From: a virus
Taxonomy: Duplodnaviria; Caudoviricetes
Reading direction: 5' to 3' (one strand)
Length of the DNA: 64,000 nucleotides
IMG/VR virus record: IMGVR_UViG_3300050514_000135
Coordinates: 33,102-97,101 of that record
The notes beneath the pieces were generated by a model that had not been told where the DNA came from, searched no databases, and saw only the letters and a program-made list of their open reading frames with translations. Positions 62,705 to 64,000 of the stretch are shown here, one piece after another. The number at the start of each line of letters is the position of its first letter. The stretch's first letter is position 1. The translations under genes were made by a program, and so were the position numbers.

Positions 62705-64000
62705 TCACGCCGCCTTCCTCTCCGGCGCCCACGGCACCAGTCTCCCGTTCGAGTCCTTGACGACCTTCGCCGACTTGCTCCACTTGCGCGCGAGCAGCGT
62801 CTCGACCGTCGGCGGGATGTCCGGCAGAAACGGTGACGCACCCGCGATCATCAACCGCTCGAGTTCCATCGCTCGGTCGTGCGCGCGGTAGTCGTCGTCG
62901 GTCTCGACCACGAATTCGTCGTGAATGAAGTTCACCGGGCGCGAGCCGTACAGCGGCGAGCCCGGTTGCGCGTAGCACGCCTCCGCGATCAGGAAACCTG
63001 CCGCCTTCGCGGCGTCGGCGGCGAGCGCCTGGAACCAGCCGTTCGCGTACTCGGTGAAGTTCAGGTCGCCGCGGAACCGGTTCGACATGAAGTACCGGAT
63101 CTGCGTCTGCCCGCTGTTCATAAACTTCTTCGCGTCAGCGAGGTAGAGCGGTGCCTCGGGCCACGCGCCGAGCCAGAAGTCCTTGAGCGCGAACGCCTCG
63201 CTCGGCTCGATGATGACGTTGTAGTTTTTTCGGCCGTAGTCGATCAACTTCAGCGGCCCGAGCCCTCCGGGCAGTCCGAAGTCGGCGACCTTGCCGGTCT
63301 GGCGCGCGAGGTAGACGCGACCCTTGCGGTCGATCTCGAACTCCGCGTGCGCCTCGTCGTAGCTGATGTGCAGGATCTTCGACGCCATCTCGAGGTGCGG
63401 GTCGAGGCCCTTGTTCAGCATCTCGCCCATGCGCGTCTGGCCGAACTTCCACAGGCAGACCTGCGACCACGTGCGCAGCTCGAAGCCGGAGAAGTCGGCG
63501 ACGATAAAGATCTTCCCCGGGCGCGGCTCCGCGCACTCGCGCATGCCGTTCGACGTCGACCAGTTCTGGGTCTGCCCCTTGCCGAAGTTGTTCCCGCCCT
63601 TGGTGCGCCCGCTGTTCGCCAGATCGAACTTCGGCTGGATCGGGTACTCGGTGCCCATCTGCAGGAGCGGCACGTCGCTCTTCAGCATGTGCTCGAAGTG
63701 CGAGAGTTCGGCGTACTTCCTCAGCAGCGGGTGCTGCGCGCGCGAGCACACGTCCTTGTCGGTCACGACCGACTCGCGCTGCTTCGCGATCTTCCTCTCG
63801 ATGGAGGCGCGGCGCGCCGGCACCGACTCGTGCTCCAGCGCGGCCTCGAGAAACTCGAGCTTCTTCATCGCGGTCTTCGTGAGAGGCACGACGTGACCGG
63901 CGGCCTGCTTCTCGGCGACGACCAGCGCCTGCACGGGCGCCTTCTTCTTCGTGTACTTCTTGATCTCCCCGGTCTTCTTGTTCTTCGTGACGTGCACGAT
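62705..64000 (-). CDS. polA: Family A DNA polymerase, C-terminal part (5' end outside the window)
   Basis: SGRT, motif A ADFSGFELR, DPH, motif B RQTGKVADFGLPGG, motif C FIHDEF. Confidence 0.92.
   Translation of the reverse strand: MVHVTKNKKTGEIKKYTKKKAPVQALVVAEKQAAGHVVPLTKTAMKKLEFLEAALEHESVPARRASIERKIAKQRESVVTDKDVCSRAQHPLLRKYAELSHFEHMLKSDVPLLQMGTEYPIQPKFDLANSGRTKGGNNFGKGQTQNWSTSNGMRECAEPRPGKIFIVADFSGFELRTWSQVCLWKFGQTRMGEMLNKGLDPHLEMASKILHISYDEAHAEFEIDRKGRVYLARQTGKVADFGLPGGLGPLKLIDYGRKNYNVIIEPSEAFALKDFWLGAWPEAPLYLADAKKFMNSGQTQIRYFMSNRFRGDLNFTEYANGWFQALAADAAKAAGFLIAEACYAQPGSPLYGSRPVNFIHDEFVVETDDDYRAHDRAMELERLMIAGASPFLPDIPPTVETLLARKWSKSAKVVKDSNGRLVPWAPERKAA

Larger units (their letters stand above)
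1..64000. mobile_element. Temperate virus/provirus genome segment, apparently tailless and membrane-containing
   Basis: Integrase, lysis, spike, replication and nucleotide genes with phage-like packing; no host housekeeping operon; ends not visible. Confidence 0.85.

Noticed and set aside
1-64000. Many long overlapping ORFs in the six-frame track (e.g. 1122..2294 -, 15448..16731 +, 43690..45312 +, 49695..51242 +)
   Set aside because: Antisense or shifted-frame shadows of real genes in high-GC DNA; Arg/Ala/Pro-rich with no motifs
1-64000. tRNA, rRNA or attL/attR sites
   Set aside because: No cloverleaf or rRNA-like sequence recognised; no host-virus junction or terminal direct repeat visible within the window

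Overview
The whole 64-kb window reads as one compact, high-GC temperate virus or provirus. Genes are tightly packed with ATGA/GTGA overlaps, and no host housekeeping block is recognisable. Left to right: (i) a + strand module with a tyrosine integrase, small accessory ORFs, a zincin, a kinase-like protein and a Nudix hydrolase (0.7-6.6 kb); (ii) a - strand block of membrane proteins and four paralogous spike/beta-helix-like proteins (6.6-18.6 kb); (iii) a nucleotide-sugar, methyltransferase and glycosyltransferase cluster followed by Tad2 and GroES (18.6-28.1 kb); (iv) a small HTH repressor with a promoter/operator, secreted hydrolases and a lysis module (28.9-34 kb); (v) a - strand morphogenesis-like operon of tail-anchored membrane proteins, three beta-rich candidate capsid proteins, an Arg/Lys-rich LysM membrane protein, a transglutaminase-like Cys enzyme and a Pro/Gln/Met-rich protein (34-51 kb); (vi) nucleotide metabolism and replication genes, namely Nudix, DHH, dCTP deaminase, HNH, RuvC-like, ThyX and a family A DNA polymerase cut by the window edge (51-64 kb). 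I could not recognise a terminase, portal, HK97 capsid, tail tube or tape measure, which suggests a tailless, membrane-containing virion. The most unusual signal is a set of short peptide tags shared by about 20 otherwise unrelated proteins: a VxW(V/T)...VxWLG...LG leader, an HPxD(F/Y) tag, an [LMIV]x[EAQTD]NP tag with basic residues, and a GGExSLHSxLG repeat. The NP tag sits on the opposite side of the transmembrane helix from the other two membrane tags, and the putative Cys protease carries the leader itself. This points to a virus-encoded protein addressing and maturation system. All family assignments come from motif recognition by eye, not database searches.
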